Part shown: positions 47,562 to 56,173 of the stretch, one piece after another | Position numbering within the stretch: position 1 is the first letter of the stretch | How the letters are laid out: every line of letters starts with the position of its first letter | Origin: Nitrospinaceae bacterium | GTDB taxonomy: Bacteria > Nitrospinota > Nitrospinia > Nitrospinales > JACRGP01 | Length of the DNA stretch: 64,000 nucleotides | Direction of reading: 5' to 3' | Assembly: GCA_029261575.1 (NCBI GenBank) | Contig: JAJDBD010000088.1 | Location: 13,524 to 77,523, forward strand | Translations under genes and position numbers: made by a program | Notes under the pieces: generated by a model | Databases searched by the model: none | Seen by the model: only the letters and a program-made list of their open reading frames with translations | What the model was told of the DNA's origin: nothing

Positions 47562-49244
47562 TCAATGCGGGTTTTTCTCTTCGCCTATTTTCATTTTCAT
47601 TACCGGCTCCATTGTCTTTTCGGGTTTTTTCGCAGGCTCTGTTTTCTTTTCTTCGCCCTGAAACTTGCCGACGGCCTCTTTCAATTTGCTCTCCGAGTCG
47701 ATGAGGAACGCGGAGGACGTCACCACCACCTCGCCCGCTTTCACGCCTTCGATCACCTGATAATAACCTTCCGCAAGCGGACCCAGGGAAAGGACGCGGG
47801 ACTCAAAGCCTCCGGAGGAATTTCGCACAACCCCATAATCCTTTTCGCCGGCATGAATCACCGCCTCTTCGGGAATGGCCGCCGTTTGCAGGGCGATTTC
47901 CGATTTGAGAACCACGTTGGCGTACATTTCCGGCTTCAATTCCCAGTCCGGATTTTCAAATTCCATCCTCACCTTTATGGTCCGCGTTTTGGATTCCAAA
48001 AATGGATCGATGTAGGTGACTTTTCCCTTGAACATTTTGCCTGGGAAATAGGACAAGGTCATTTCGACGTTCTGCCCCATTTTGATCCAGGGAAGCTCGT
48101 ACTCGTAGATATCCGCCAGAACCCAGATGTTCGAAAGGTCGACCAGGGTATAAAGTCCCATCCCAGGGATGACGCGCATTCCATGGTTTGCCTTTTTGTT
48201 AAGGACAAATCCGCGATGGTGGGAATGAACGTGCATGGTTTTTTTGACTTTCTTTTTTTGCATCAATTCGTCAATCTGGTGTTGGGGGACGTCGAACAAC
48301 TGCAATCTGCGGATGGTGGACTCGACCAGCGAGTTGGCGCCTTTTCCGATTTCAGCAAATGAATTGGTTTTGAGAGTTTCCTGATATTTCATGGCCGTCA
48401 ATAATTCTTCCTGGGTGGAGACCAACTCGGGACTGTAAATATCCACCAGCAGTTGACCCTCCTTGACTTCCTGCCCGGTAAAATCGACGTACAGTTTTTC
48501 AATCCAGCCTTCGTATTTTGTGTGGATATGGTTCACCAGCCGCTCGTCGTAGGTCAGTCGCCCTATGGTGCGAACCTGCCGCGTCAATTTCCGCGCTTTG
48601 ATTTTTGCCGTCTTGACCCCGATATTTTGAACCATGGCGGGATTGATTCGAATTCCGCTTCCCGCATCCACATCCTCGTAAACCGGAACCAGATCCATCC
48701 CCATGGGACCTTTCCCCGGCTTGTTCGATGTGAAGGAAGGGTTCATCGGCGCCTGCCAGAATTTGATTTTCCTTCCCGAATTTTTGCCGTCGGGCGCGGC
48801 TCCGGAATCTTTTCCCGTAGTTTGCGGCGCGGACTTTTCGGACATTTTGGAAATGGAGTCTTCCAGATTCTGGATGACCGGACGAGCCTTGTCGGTCAAG
48901 GTTTGGGACAACCCCTTAAGCGCCTCGATATTTTTATCCAGGGATTCCGGGTTGGTGGCGAATCCGAAAAGATAGGCCGCGACCAAAAGACCCGCTACAA
49001 GGAGCGCTTTCAGAAAAGTAGAAGGGCGTTTTTGCTCCGCAGACAATTCCGCCTCGGCGGGGAAAATAATTTCTTCCTCTTGCAACTCTTCTTCGGCGTC
49101 TTCAGAATTCGAGTCTCTTTCATTAGAAATATTTTCCGGATCGTGTTGGGTTTCGCCGATCCCGTCCCAGGACTCTTCCTCGCCCGAAGCGGCGTCTTCC
49201 TCGAATTCCTCGGGAGGTTTTTTTTCGTCTTCAAAATTATCCAT
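47562..49244 (-). CDS. cusB: Efflux RND periplasmic adaptor (CusB-like) with acidic N-terminal extension
   Basis: 560 aa. Membrane-fusion-protein core (barrel-sandwich/lipoyl-like motifs, e.g. GQLLVDIYSPEL). Position between the TolC-like gene and the RND pump. Confidence 0.8.
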   Translation of the reverse strand: MDNFEDEKKPPEEFEEDAASGEEESWDGIGETQHDPENISNERDSNSEDAEEELQEEEIIFPAEAELSAEQKRPSTFLKALLVAGLLVAAYLFGFATNPESLDKNIEALKGLSQTLTDKARPVIQNLEDSISKMSEKSAPQTTGKDSGAAPDGKNSGRKIKFWQAPMNPSFTSNKPGKGPMGMDLVPVYEDVDAGSGIRINPAMVQNIGVKTAKIKARKLTRQVRTIGRLTYDERLVNHIHTKYEGWIEKLYVDFTGQEVKEGQLLVDIYSPELVSTQEELLTAMKYQETLKTNSFAEIGKGANSLVESTIRRLQLFDVPQHQIDELMQKKKVKKTMHVHSHHRGFVLNKKANHGMRVIPGMGLYTLVDLSNIWVLADIYEYELPWIKMGQNVEMTLSYFPGKMFKGKVTYIDPFLESKTRTIKVRMEFENPDWELKPEMYANVVLKSEIALQTAAIPEEAVIHAGEKDYGVVRNSSGGFESRVLSLGPLAEGYYQVIEGVKAGEVVVTSSAFLIDSESKLKEAVGKFQGEEKKTEPAKKPEKTMEPVMKMKIGEEKNPH

Positions 49245-49297
49245 AACGTTTCCCGTTTGATACTTACGATTTTTTTACAGGTTCCCGACGGTTCGCC

Positions 49298-50572
49298 TTA
49301 AAAAAGTTTTTCCCCAACCAGGTATTCAATTTTTGCCAGCGTCTTTTCGTGACCCGTCAGTTCCCGGTGATGCTTGATTTTCCACTGGAACAGAGTCACC
49401 TGATTGTCCAGCAGGGTGAGGAAATCCACTTTGTCCACGCTGTAACCGGCCATGGCGGACTCCAGCGATTGCCGCGCCTGCGGAATGATTCCCGTCTTGA
49501 TCAGGCGAACCAGTTCGCTCGCCTTTTTTTGCTCGTCGAGCTTTTCTTCCAGCCGCAAAAAGATTTCGTTCCTGATCTTATTATAAGCCGCCTTCGTCCT
49601 GTCGATCCTGAACCGCTCCTGCCGGACTTTTTTGCTTTGCTTGGTTTTATGCCACAGGGGAATATTGACGCTGACAAAGGCCGAAACGAAATCGGGATTG
49701 GTTTGACGAAGCAATTCCTCCCGGCGACCGTATTTAACTCCCACGTTGAAATCCGGGTAATATTCTTTCAACGCCAGGGTTTTGGAAATTTTTGATTTTT
49801 CGATCAAGGCTTTCAGTTCCTTGAGTATGGGCCGATGATCTTCCGCCTCTGCTTGCAGTTTTTCCGAAGTAAATTGAAACGGCGTCTCGGTGATTCCGTG
49901 GCGGATGCTTAACGGCGCCTGCGGCAGGCGGTTCATCAAGGTATTGAGCCGGGCTTCCTCCACTCCCTTGCGTTTCTGGAGGCGGATCAATTCGTCTATG
50001 TTTTTGGACAACTCGACCTGGGCCTTCAACACGTCCTGCTGAATTCCCTTGCCCACGGAATATTTTGTTTCCGCGATGGACACAAACTGCTCCAAAAGCT
50101 TTTTATTCTGTTGCGTGATCTCGATGGAAGCCAACACGAAGCAAAGCTCGAAATAGGAAACCTTGACGTCGCGGATGGCTTGCAACTTCAACTCTTCCAG
50201 GTTTTCCCTGGCGACGACGACGTCCTGATTCGCCATTTCGGTCCTCAACCCCAACTTGCCCGGATAGGGGAACTTCTGGGAAATCGTCAACTGCTTTTGC
50301 GTCATCGGTTGATCGGTGAACGAAAAGCTGTCGATCGGAACGTTCATGAATTCGAATTTCATCGTCGGGTCGTCCAGAGACCCCGCCTGCGAAGGGATCT
50401 GCTTGAACAGACTGATATTTTCCTCGGCCTCCTTTAATTGCGGGTTGTTTTGCAGAGCTTCCGCGACGAACCGGTCCAGGTTCTGGCGAAAGGTCTCCGG
50501 GGGCGCCCCATAAACATTGGATGCCAGCGCAAGCGCAATTAAAAACAAGGCAAGGGGTTTGAGTGAAAACAT
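49298..50572 (-). CDS. TolC-family outer-membrane efflux protein (CusC role)
   Basis: 424 aa with a signal peptide (ASNVYG-AP) and two-repeat coiled-coil OEP composition. First large gene of the efflux operon. Confidence 0.8.
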   Translation of the reverse strand: MFSLKPLALFLIALALASNVYGAPPETFRQNLDRFVAEALQNNPQLKEAEENISLFKQIPSQAGSLDDPTMKFEFMNVPIDSFSFTDQPMTQKQLTISQKFPYPGKLGLRTEMANQDVVVARENLEELKLQAIRDVKVSYFELCFVLASIEITQQNKKLLEQFVSIAETKYSVGKGIQQDVLKAQVELSKNIDELIRLQKRKGVEEARLNTLMNRLPQAPLSIRHGITETPFQFTSEKLQAEAEDHRPILKELKALIEKSKISKTLALKEYYPDFNVGVKYGRREELLRQTNPDFVSAFVSVNIPLWHKTKQSKKVRQERFRIDRTKAAYNKIRNEIFLRLEEKLDEQKKASELVRLIKTGIIPQARQSLESAMAGYSVDKVDFLTLLDNQVTLFQWKIKHHRELTGHEKTLAKIEYLVGEKLF

Positions 50573-50699
50573 GGAACCCTCTCGGCAATAATTTTATAGA
50601 CGGCGCCAAACGGGACCGGGGACGCAGAATCGGCGAAGGCGGTAAATTAGCCCGTTTGGGCCAACGTAAAAACGAAGAAGATAAAAATGAAAGGCTGGA

Positions 50700-50960
50700 T
50701 TACTTGGGGGGGTGGTAAGGGGATTCCGGATGATTCGAAAAAGAAAGAATATTGTATTCGGCGGGGTTTTCCATTTGGTTCGAGGCGAGGGCCTCGGTTG
50801 CGAGGGCTTCGGTTGCGACGGAGCAAACCGAGCAGGTTTGGCTCATGGAGCAATCCATTTTGGCCATGTGTATTTCCATGGCGATGGACTGGACTCCGCA
50901 AGCCAAGAGACTCAGAACGATGAAGCAGACGAAAAACTGTTTTTTCAACTTTGCGGACAT
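50700..50960 (-). CDS. Small Cys/Met/His-rich putative lipoprotein (candidate periplasmic metal-binding protein)
   Basis: MSAKLKKQFFVCFIVLSLLAC (lipobox-like), then HMAKMDCSMSQTCSVCS and a tandem ATEAL-ATEAL. Sits between a near-consensus promoter and the TolC-like gene. Start at 50960, which lies downstream of the predicted transcription start. Confidence 0.5.
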   Translation of the reverse strand: MSAKLKKQFFVCFIVLSLLACGVQSIAMEIHMAKMDCSMSQTCSVCSVATEALATEALASNQMENPAEYNILSFSNHPESPYHPPK

Positions 50961-50989
50961 AGGACTAATTGTTTGATTTTCTTGCACTA

Positions 50990-51018
50990 AATATATTCCT
51001 TTCCGCTAAAACTGTCAA
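50990..51018 (-). promoter_or_regulatory. Candidate sigma70 promoter of the cus-type operon
   Basis: The minus strand reads TTGACA (51018-51013), a 17-nt spacer, then TATATT (50995-50990). This is near-consensus spacing and hexamers, about 30 nt upstream of the small lipoprotein start. Confidence 0.5.
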
Positions 51019-51072
51019 CCCCAAGGGAATTCGAATATTGAATCGGAAAATCAACTTTGCTAGGATGTTTGA

Positions 51073-51462
51073 ATGAATCCCATAAAATCTGTTACCATCG
51101 GATTAGGGTTACTTTTGGTTGCAATCGCTTTTAAGTTTGTAGGATTGCGCCTAACAAACGACCCTAGTCTTGATGGGGAATCTGTACCGCTTGCGCTATT
51201 TGCCATTCATATTGATCTCTTGGTGATCGCCATGAGTACAATTGTATCGGCGGCTCTGGCTTTGCCAGGCGACAAAAAGGGCCGGTTGATTGGCCCCGCG
51301 ATAGGCTGGGGTATAAGCATCGTAATAATATTAGCCATCTTGGGATTCCAAGGGTTTGCTTGGGCATTGTGGGCGGAAAACGACTGGTTTAAATATTATA
51401 TTCCAGATATAATGGCGTTGAGCGTTTTAGTTTGGTCAGTCGCCGCCGCTGGAGATCAATGA
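51073..51462 (+). CDS. Hypothetical membrane protein (about 4 TM)
   Basis: 129 aa made of four hydrophobic segments. No recognisable motif. Confidence 0.45.
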   Translation: MNPIKSVTIGLGLLLVAIAFKFVGLRLTNDPSLDGESVPLALFAIHIDLLVIAMSTIVSAALALPGDKKGRLIGPAIGWGISIVIILAILGFQGFAWALWAENDWFKYYIPDIMALSVLVWSVAAAGDQ

Positions 51463-51665
51463 TGAAAAGTCAGGATTTAATTGCCGGAGCGATAGCCTCC
51501 GTTATGGGCTTCGCCATAATATGGTTAACCGTTCATTTCTTCTCTTTTTTATTTGAGTATTTTTTTACGACGCTCTTTATTTTGGCTGGAATTGCAGGAG
51601 TCCTTTTCTATTGGGCAAACTCCCTTCCTAACAAATCCGGTGCAACGTGGGCCAAAAAAAAATAA
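51459..51665 (+). CDS. Hypothetical small membrane protein (2 TM)
   Basis: 68 aa starting MMKSQDL, with ATGA overlap with the previous gene. Two hydrophobic helices and a KKK tail. Confidence 0.4.
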   Translation: MMKSQDLIAGAIASVMGFAIIWLTVHFFSFLFEYFFTTLFILAGIAGVLFYWANSLPNKSGATWAKKK

Positions 51666-51881
51666 TAACTTCCGTAGTAACCGAAACTTTTTAAATCGCT
51701 CTTAGTTTCAATTCTTTTCTTTCTTTTCCCCTTCCTATTTTTCCCAAAAGTCATATCTGTGTTTTCCAAGCGACGGTCTTCGCCTTCCAAGGGCTTCGAG
51801 GGTGTGGTACACTTGGGCCAAAATTTTGGGAACGGAAAATAAATAAAAATTCTGCGGTTTTAAATCAAATGGAGGCGGGGA

Positions 51882-52547
51882 ATGAAAAAGAAAATTGGCG
51901 TGGTTCTTTCCGGTTGCGGGGTCTACGACGGATCGGAAATCCATGAGGCGGTGATCACGCTGTTGGCCATAGACCGTGCGGGTTGCGAGGCTGTATGCAT
52001 CGCTCCGAACATAGATCAGAAGCACGTCGTCAACCACCTGACCGGCGAAGAGGCTCCCGGCGAAAAGCGCAACGTGTTGGTCGAATCCGCGCGCATTGCG
52101 CGAGGCGCCATCGTTGACCTCAAGGACGTTAGAACGGACGACGTCGACGGGCTGATCCTGGTCGGCGGATTCGGCGCGGCCAAAAACCTGTCGGACCTGG
52201 AGTCCAAGGGAACGGACTGCGACGTGGACCATGAATTGATCCGCCTGATCATCGATTTTGCGGTCCAGGACAAACCTTTTGCCGCCTGTTGCATCGCCCC
52301 GGCGGTGGTGGCCAAGGTGTTTGACGGGGGGACCGTCCACCCGACGCTCACCATCGGCAACGACCCGGAGTTTGCGGAAAAAATCAACAAAATGGGCGGC
52401 AAGCACCAGGAGTGCGCCGCCACGGATATCATCGTCGACGAAAAAAACAAGATTGTCACCACCCCGGCGTACATGAACGGTAAAAGCATCGGCGAAGTGG
52501 CCGAGGGCATCGAAAAGGCGGTCCAGAAACTGGTGGAAATGATCTGA
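51882..52547 (+). CDS. elbB: ElbB-type DJ-1/PfpI-family protein (glyoxalase III-like)
   Basis: 221 aa. MKKKIGVVLSGCGVYDGSEIHEAV...GGFGAAKNLS...CIAPA closely parallels E. coli ElbB. Confidence 0.85.
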   Translation: MKKKIGVVLSGCGVYDGSEIHEAVITLLAIDRAGCEAVCIAPNIDQKHVVNHLTGEEAPGEKRNVLVESARIARGAIVDLKDVRTDDVDGLILVGGFGAAKNLSDLESKGTDCDVDHELIRLIIDFAVQDKPFAACCIAPAVVAKVFDGGTVHPTLTIGNDPEFAEKINKMGGKHQECAATDIIVDEKNKIVTTPAYMNGKSIGEVAEGIEKAVQKLVEMI

Positions 52548-52681
52548 GTCTTCCAAAAACGGTTTTGGTTTGCCGGAAAGGATCGGGTTTGCGACGAACC
52601 GGAATCCTCCGGCCCGAGTTATTGACCCGCCCGCGCGCCCGTTCCCTCCTCGATTTGCGCGCGCCGCACGACCCTGAAACG

Positions 52682-53458
52682 ATGATCGCTAAACTGATTG
52701 AAATCTGCAAACACCACGAATTGATACGAAGCCTGGTCGGCAAGGATCTGAAAATCCGCTACCACGGCTCCGTCCTCGGCTACCTGTGGTCCCTGCTCAA
52801 TCCCTTTCTGATGATGGTCGTCTTCACCCTGGTATTTTCCATCTTTATGCGCATCAAGATGGAAAACTACGCCCTGTTCCTGATATCCGCGCTCCTGCCC
52901 TGGACCTTTTTTTCCAACAGCCTGCTGGCCGGTTCCCTGTCCATTGTCGGCAACGGCCATTTCCTGCAAAAATTTTACTGTCCCCGGGAGTTGTTTCCCA
53001 TCACCGTGATCCTGTCCAACGCGGTCATTCTTCTGCTCAGTTTCATACCCTTCTTTTTGTTCATGTATTATATGAAAGGCGAATTGGGCTGGAGCCTGTT
53101 GGCCCTGCCGCTGGTGGTCGGCATTCATCTGCTGTTCACCCTGGGCCTCGCGTTCGCATTGTCCAGCCTTTACGTTTATTTTCGCGACGTGAAGCATTTG
53201 CTGGAATTTGTCATGATGGTCTGGTTTTACGTCACCCCCATTATTTATCCCACCTCCATGATTCCGGAGAAATACCGGATCCTGCTGACCCTGAACCCCG
53301 CCGTCCCCATCATCGGACTTTATCGCGATGTGTTTTACGATTTATCCTTTCCCAGCCTGGCGGACCTGTCGATCGCCGGAGGCATGGCGCTGGCGGTTCT
53401 GTTCGCGGGGTGGACGATTTTCCGTTCCCTGGAACAGAATTTTGTGAAGGAACTTTAA
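52682..53458 (+). CDS. wzm: ABC-2 type polysaccharide export permease (Wzm/TagG-like)
   Basis: 258 aa from MIAKLIEICKHHELIRSLVGKDLKIRYHGSVLGYLWS (typical ABC-2 N-terminus) with six TM segments. The ORF-track start at 52565 is rejected because it adds an Arg/Pro-rich leader. Confidence 0.8.
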   Translation: MIAKLIEICKHHELIRSLVGKDLKIRYHGSVLGYLWSLLNPFLMMVVFTLVFSIFMRIKMENYALFLISALLPWTFFSNSLLAGSLSIVGNGHFLQKFYCPRELFPITVILSNAVILLLSFIPFFLFMYYMKGELGWSLLALPLVVGIHLLFTLGLAFALSSLYVYFRDVKHLLEFVMMVWFYVTPIIYPTSMIPEKYRILLTLNPAVPIIGLYRDVFYDLSFPSLADLSIAGGMALAVLFAGWTIFRSLEQNFVKEL

Positions 53459-53459
53459 G

Positions 53460-54689
53460 GTGATCGCCTGTCAAAACCTGGGGATTCAATTCACGCGCCG
53501 ACATCATCGCGAGCAGTCGCTCAAGGATTTTGTGTTGCACCGTCTGAGAAGGATGGACGTCGAACGCAAGTTCTGGGCGTTGAAGGAGATCGATTTCACT
53601 TTGCCGCAAGGCGGCGTCATGGGAGTGATCGGAACCAACGGATCGGGTAAGAGCACCCTGCTGAAAGTATTGAGCGGTCTTTTGAAACCCGACGAAGGCG
53701 CGGTCGACGTTCAGGGCCGGATCGCCCCGCTTCTGGAATTGGGCACCGGATTTGAACCCAGCCTCTCCGGCGCTGAAAATATTTATTTCAACGGCGCCGT
53801 TCTGAACATGCCGCGCAAGGAAATCGCCGCGAACTTCAACCGCATCGTGGATTTTTCCGGTTTGGGGGATCTGATCGAAACTCCCCTGGTCCATTATTCC
53901 ACCGGCATGGCGATGCGTCTGGGTTTCTCCATCGCCGCGCACAGCCCGGCGGACGTTTTATTGATCGACGAAATTCTTGCCGTCGGCGATCAGGTTTTCC
54001 AGCGACGGTGCCTGGATAAAATTAATGAACTGAACGGTCAGGGCGTTTCGGTCCTCTTTGTTTCCCATGGTCTGGCGCAGGTGAAAGAATTATGCAAGTC
54101 GGTTTTATGGATCCACGAAGGCCGGCAAAAATTCCTGGGTCCGGCGGATGAGGCGACGGAGCGTTACCTCATGCACACGGACGAAAATTACCGCCAAATC
54201 CGCGAGGAGCAAAAACGCGCCGAAGCCGCCGCGGAAAAAGCCCAGAAGGAACGCTTGGACAACAAAGGCAAGGTGGTGGCTACTGTGGGCTTGACGTTTT
54301 GCGGAGAAAACCTAAAGCCGGCGGATAAATTCAAACCCCACGACCCTTTGACGATTCGCTGGGAATACCACGCCAAAAAGCGGGTGGAGAATCCCATTTT
54401 CGGCTTGGCCATCCATCGAGAAGACGGGACGCATATTTGCGGACCCAACACGCAGGACTGCCGTTTTTCCACCGGCGTCATCGAGGGGCACGGGGTCTTA
54501 TTGTTGAAAATGGCCTCTATCCCTCTGAGTCCTGGGATATACAAGGTTTCCCTGGCCATTTGGGACTCCACCCACACCCACGCTTACGACTGGGGCGAAT
54601 TGGCTTATGAGTTTGAGGTGGTATCGGCTTCATGGTATAAACACCGGGGTTGCGTCGCTATGGATTACCAATGGAAAATTCAGTCATGA
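53460..54689 (+). CDS. wzt: Polysaccharide ABC exporter ATPase with C-terminal glycan-binding domain (Wzt-like)
   Basis: Walker A GTNGSGKST, signature YSTGM, Walker B LLIDE. A ~150-aa C-terminal extension that looks beta-rich (Wzt_C-like). GTG start. Confidence 0.85.
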   Translation: MIACQNLGIQFTRRHHREQSLKDFVLHRLRRMDVERKFWALKEIDFTLPQGGVMGVIGTNGSGKSTLLKVLSGLLKPDEGAVDVQGRIAPLLELGTGFEPSLSGAENIYFNGAVLNMPRKEIAANFNRIVDFSGLGDLIETPLVHYSTGMAMRLGFSIAAHSPADVLLIDEILAVGDQVFQRRCLDKINELNGQGVSVLFVSHGLAQVKELCKSVLWIHEGRQKFLGPADEATERYLMHTDENYRQIREEQKRAEAAAEKAQKERLDNKGKVVATVGLTFCGENLKPADKFKPHDPLTIRWEYHAKKRVENPIFGLAIHREDGTHICGPNTQDCRFSTGVIEGHGVLLLKMASIPLSPGIYKVSLAIWDSTHTHAYDWGELAYEFEVVSASWYKHRGCVAMDYQWKIQS

Positions 54690-56077
54690 TAAAAGTTTGC
54701 GTGGTCGCCCACGATCCCATTCAAAAAGCGATGGCCGGTCCGGGAATCCGCTCTCTTGAGCTGGCCCGCGCCCTGGCGAAAAATTTCGACGTCACCTTCG
54801 CCACGCCCAACCCGGTCGACCTTCCCGGCGAATCCTTCAAGACGGTTTATTATAATTACCGGTCGCTCAAAAAAATCGTCGAGGACCAGGACGTGGTCTG
54901 CGTCTTCGGGTTTCAAATCCGTCGGTTTCCCTTTCTGAAAAAAATTGCCGCCGCTCTGGTGGTGGACGTCTATTGCCCGACCTTTTTCGAGGCGCTGGCC
55001 AGTTATCAGGAACAGACGTTGGACGAAATGGTTCCTCTATGCCGAGTGGTTTTGGATATTTTTCAGGAACAACTCCAGATCGGGGATTTTTTTATTTGCG
55101 CCGGCGAAAAGCAGAGGGACATGTGGGTGGGCATGCTGATGGCCACAGGGCGGATCAATCCCTACACCTTCGCCATGGATAACACTCTGCGCAAGTTGAT
55201 CGACGTCGTTCCCTATGGGTTGCCGGGCCATCCGCCGGAAAAAAATCAGGGCGCGCTCAAAGGCGCCCATCCAGCCATTAAAAAAGACGATTTCGTTCTT
55301 CTCTGGGGCGGCGGTTTGTACGACTGGCTCGACCCCCTCGTCGCTGTCCGGGCTATGGAAATCGTGGGCAGGAAACGCCAGGACGTTAAACTATTTTTCA
55401 TGGGATGCCGGCACCCTTTGGCGTCGGTGGAAATGGACGTCATCAAGGAAACCCGAAGGCTCAGCGAAGCCCTGGGCCTCACGGGGAAAACCGTCTTGTT
55501 CAACGACCATTGGGTCGCCTACCAGGACCGGGCGAATTATTTGCTGGACGCGGATATAGGACTCAACCTGCACAAAAAATCCATCGAAACCGATTACTCC
55601 TTTCGCACCCGCATCATGGACTATCTTTGGGCGGAGCTTCCCATTCTCACCACCCGCGGAGGAACCCTGGCCGACCTGGTGGAGGAAAAAAATCTGGGCT
55701 GTAGCGTCGATTACGACGACGCGGAAGGGTTGGCGGAAAAAATTCTGGATCTGGCCGACGGGCGGATTCCGCTCGGCGCCTTTAGGGAAAATATTCGCCG
55801 CGTCAAGGGAGATTATTCCTGGGAGCGGGTTGTGGAACCGCTGGAAGAGTTTTGCCGCTCCCCGTTCAAAAGAATCGACCGCAACTTCGCCGTGGAAACC
55901 TGGAGTATCCGTAGCCCCTTTTATTTTTACCGCGCCGCGAGGTCCATTTACAAGACCAAGGGAATGGCGGGTTTGACCGTAAAAGTCGTTCTGTTTTTTC
56001 TAATGAGGATTCAAATCTTTCTCGCCAATTTATCCCACCGCCTGGTTGGCGCCGTGGACAAAAATACCTCTTCTTGA
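54686..56077 (+). CDS. Glycosyltransferase (GT-B fold, GT4-like)
   Basis: MIKVCVVAHDP... N-domain, and a C-domain with a nucleotide-sugar-binding-like segment (FRTRIMDYLWAELPILTTRGGTLADLVEE). ATGA overlap with wzt. Confidence 0.65.
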   Translation: MIKVCVVAHDPIQKAMAGPGIRSLELARALAKNFDVTFATPNPVDLPGESFKTVYYNYRSLKKIVEDQDVVCVFGFQIRRFPFLKKIAAALVVDVYCPTFFEALASYQEQTLDEMVPLCRVVLDIFQEQLQIGDFFICAGEKQRDMWVGMLMATGRINPYTFAMDNTLRKLIDVVPYGLPGHPPEKNQGALKGAHPAIKKDDFVLLWGGGLYDWLDPLVAVRAMEIVGRKRQDVKLFFMGCRHPLASVEMDVIKETRRLSEALGLTGKTVLFNDHWVAYQDRANYLLDADIGLNLHKKSIETDYSFRTRIMDYLWAELPILTTRGGTLADLVEEKNLGCSVDYDDAEGLAEKILDLADGRIPLGAFRENIRRVKGDYSWERVVEPLEEFCRSPFKRIDRNFAVETWSIRSPFYFYRAARSIYKTKGMAGLTVKVVLFFLMRIQIFLANLSHRLVGAVDKNTSS

Positions 56078-56173
56078 TTTCAACCCTATTAATTAAGAAT
56101 ACGTTTGAGAAAATACCGGTCCATTTGAGATTTCATTCTGCGATGAATTTTCCTTCCTTTTAAAACCCCGGAA

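Noticed and set aside
47535-49301. Two long + strand ORFs (47535-48362 and 48453-49301) antisense to the cusB-like gene. Similar cases: 51735-52556 antisense to elbB, and 12730-13404 antisense to secY.
   Set aside because: The opposite-strand genes have clear family signatures. The antisense translations are low-complexity (F/R/G/H-rich) with no motifs.
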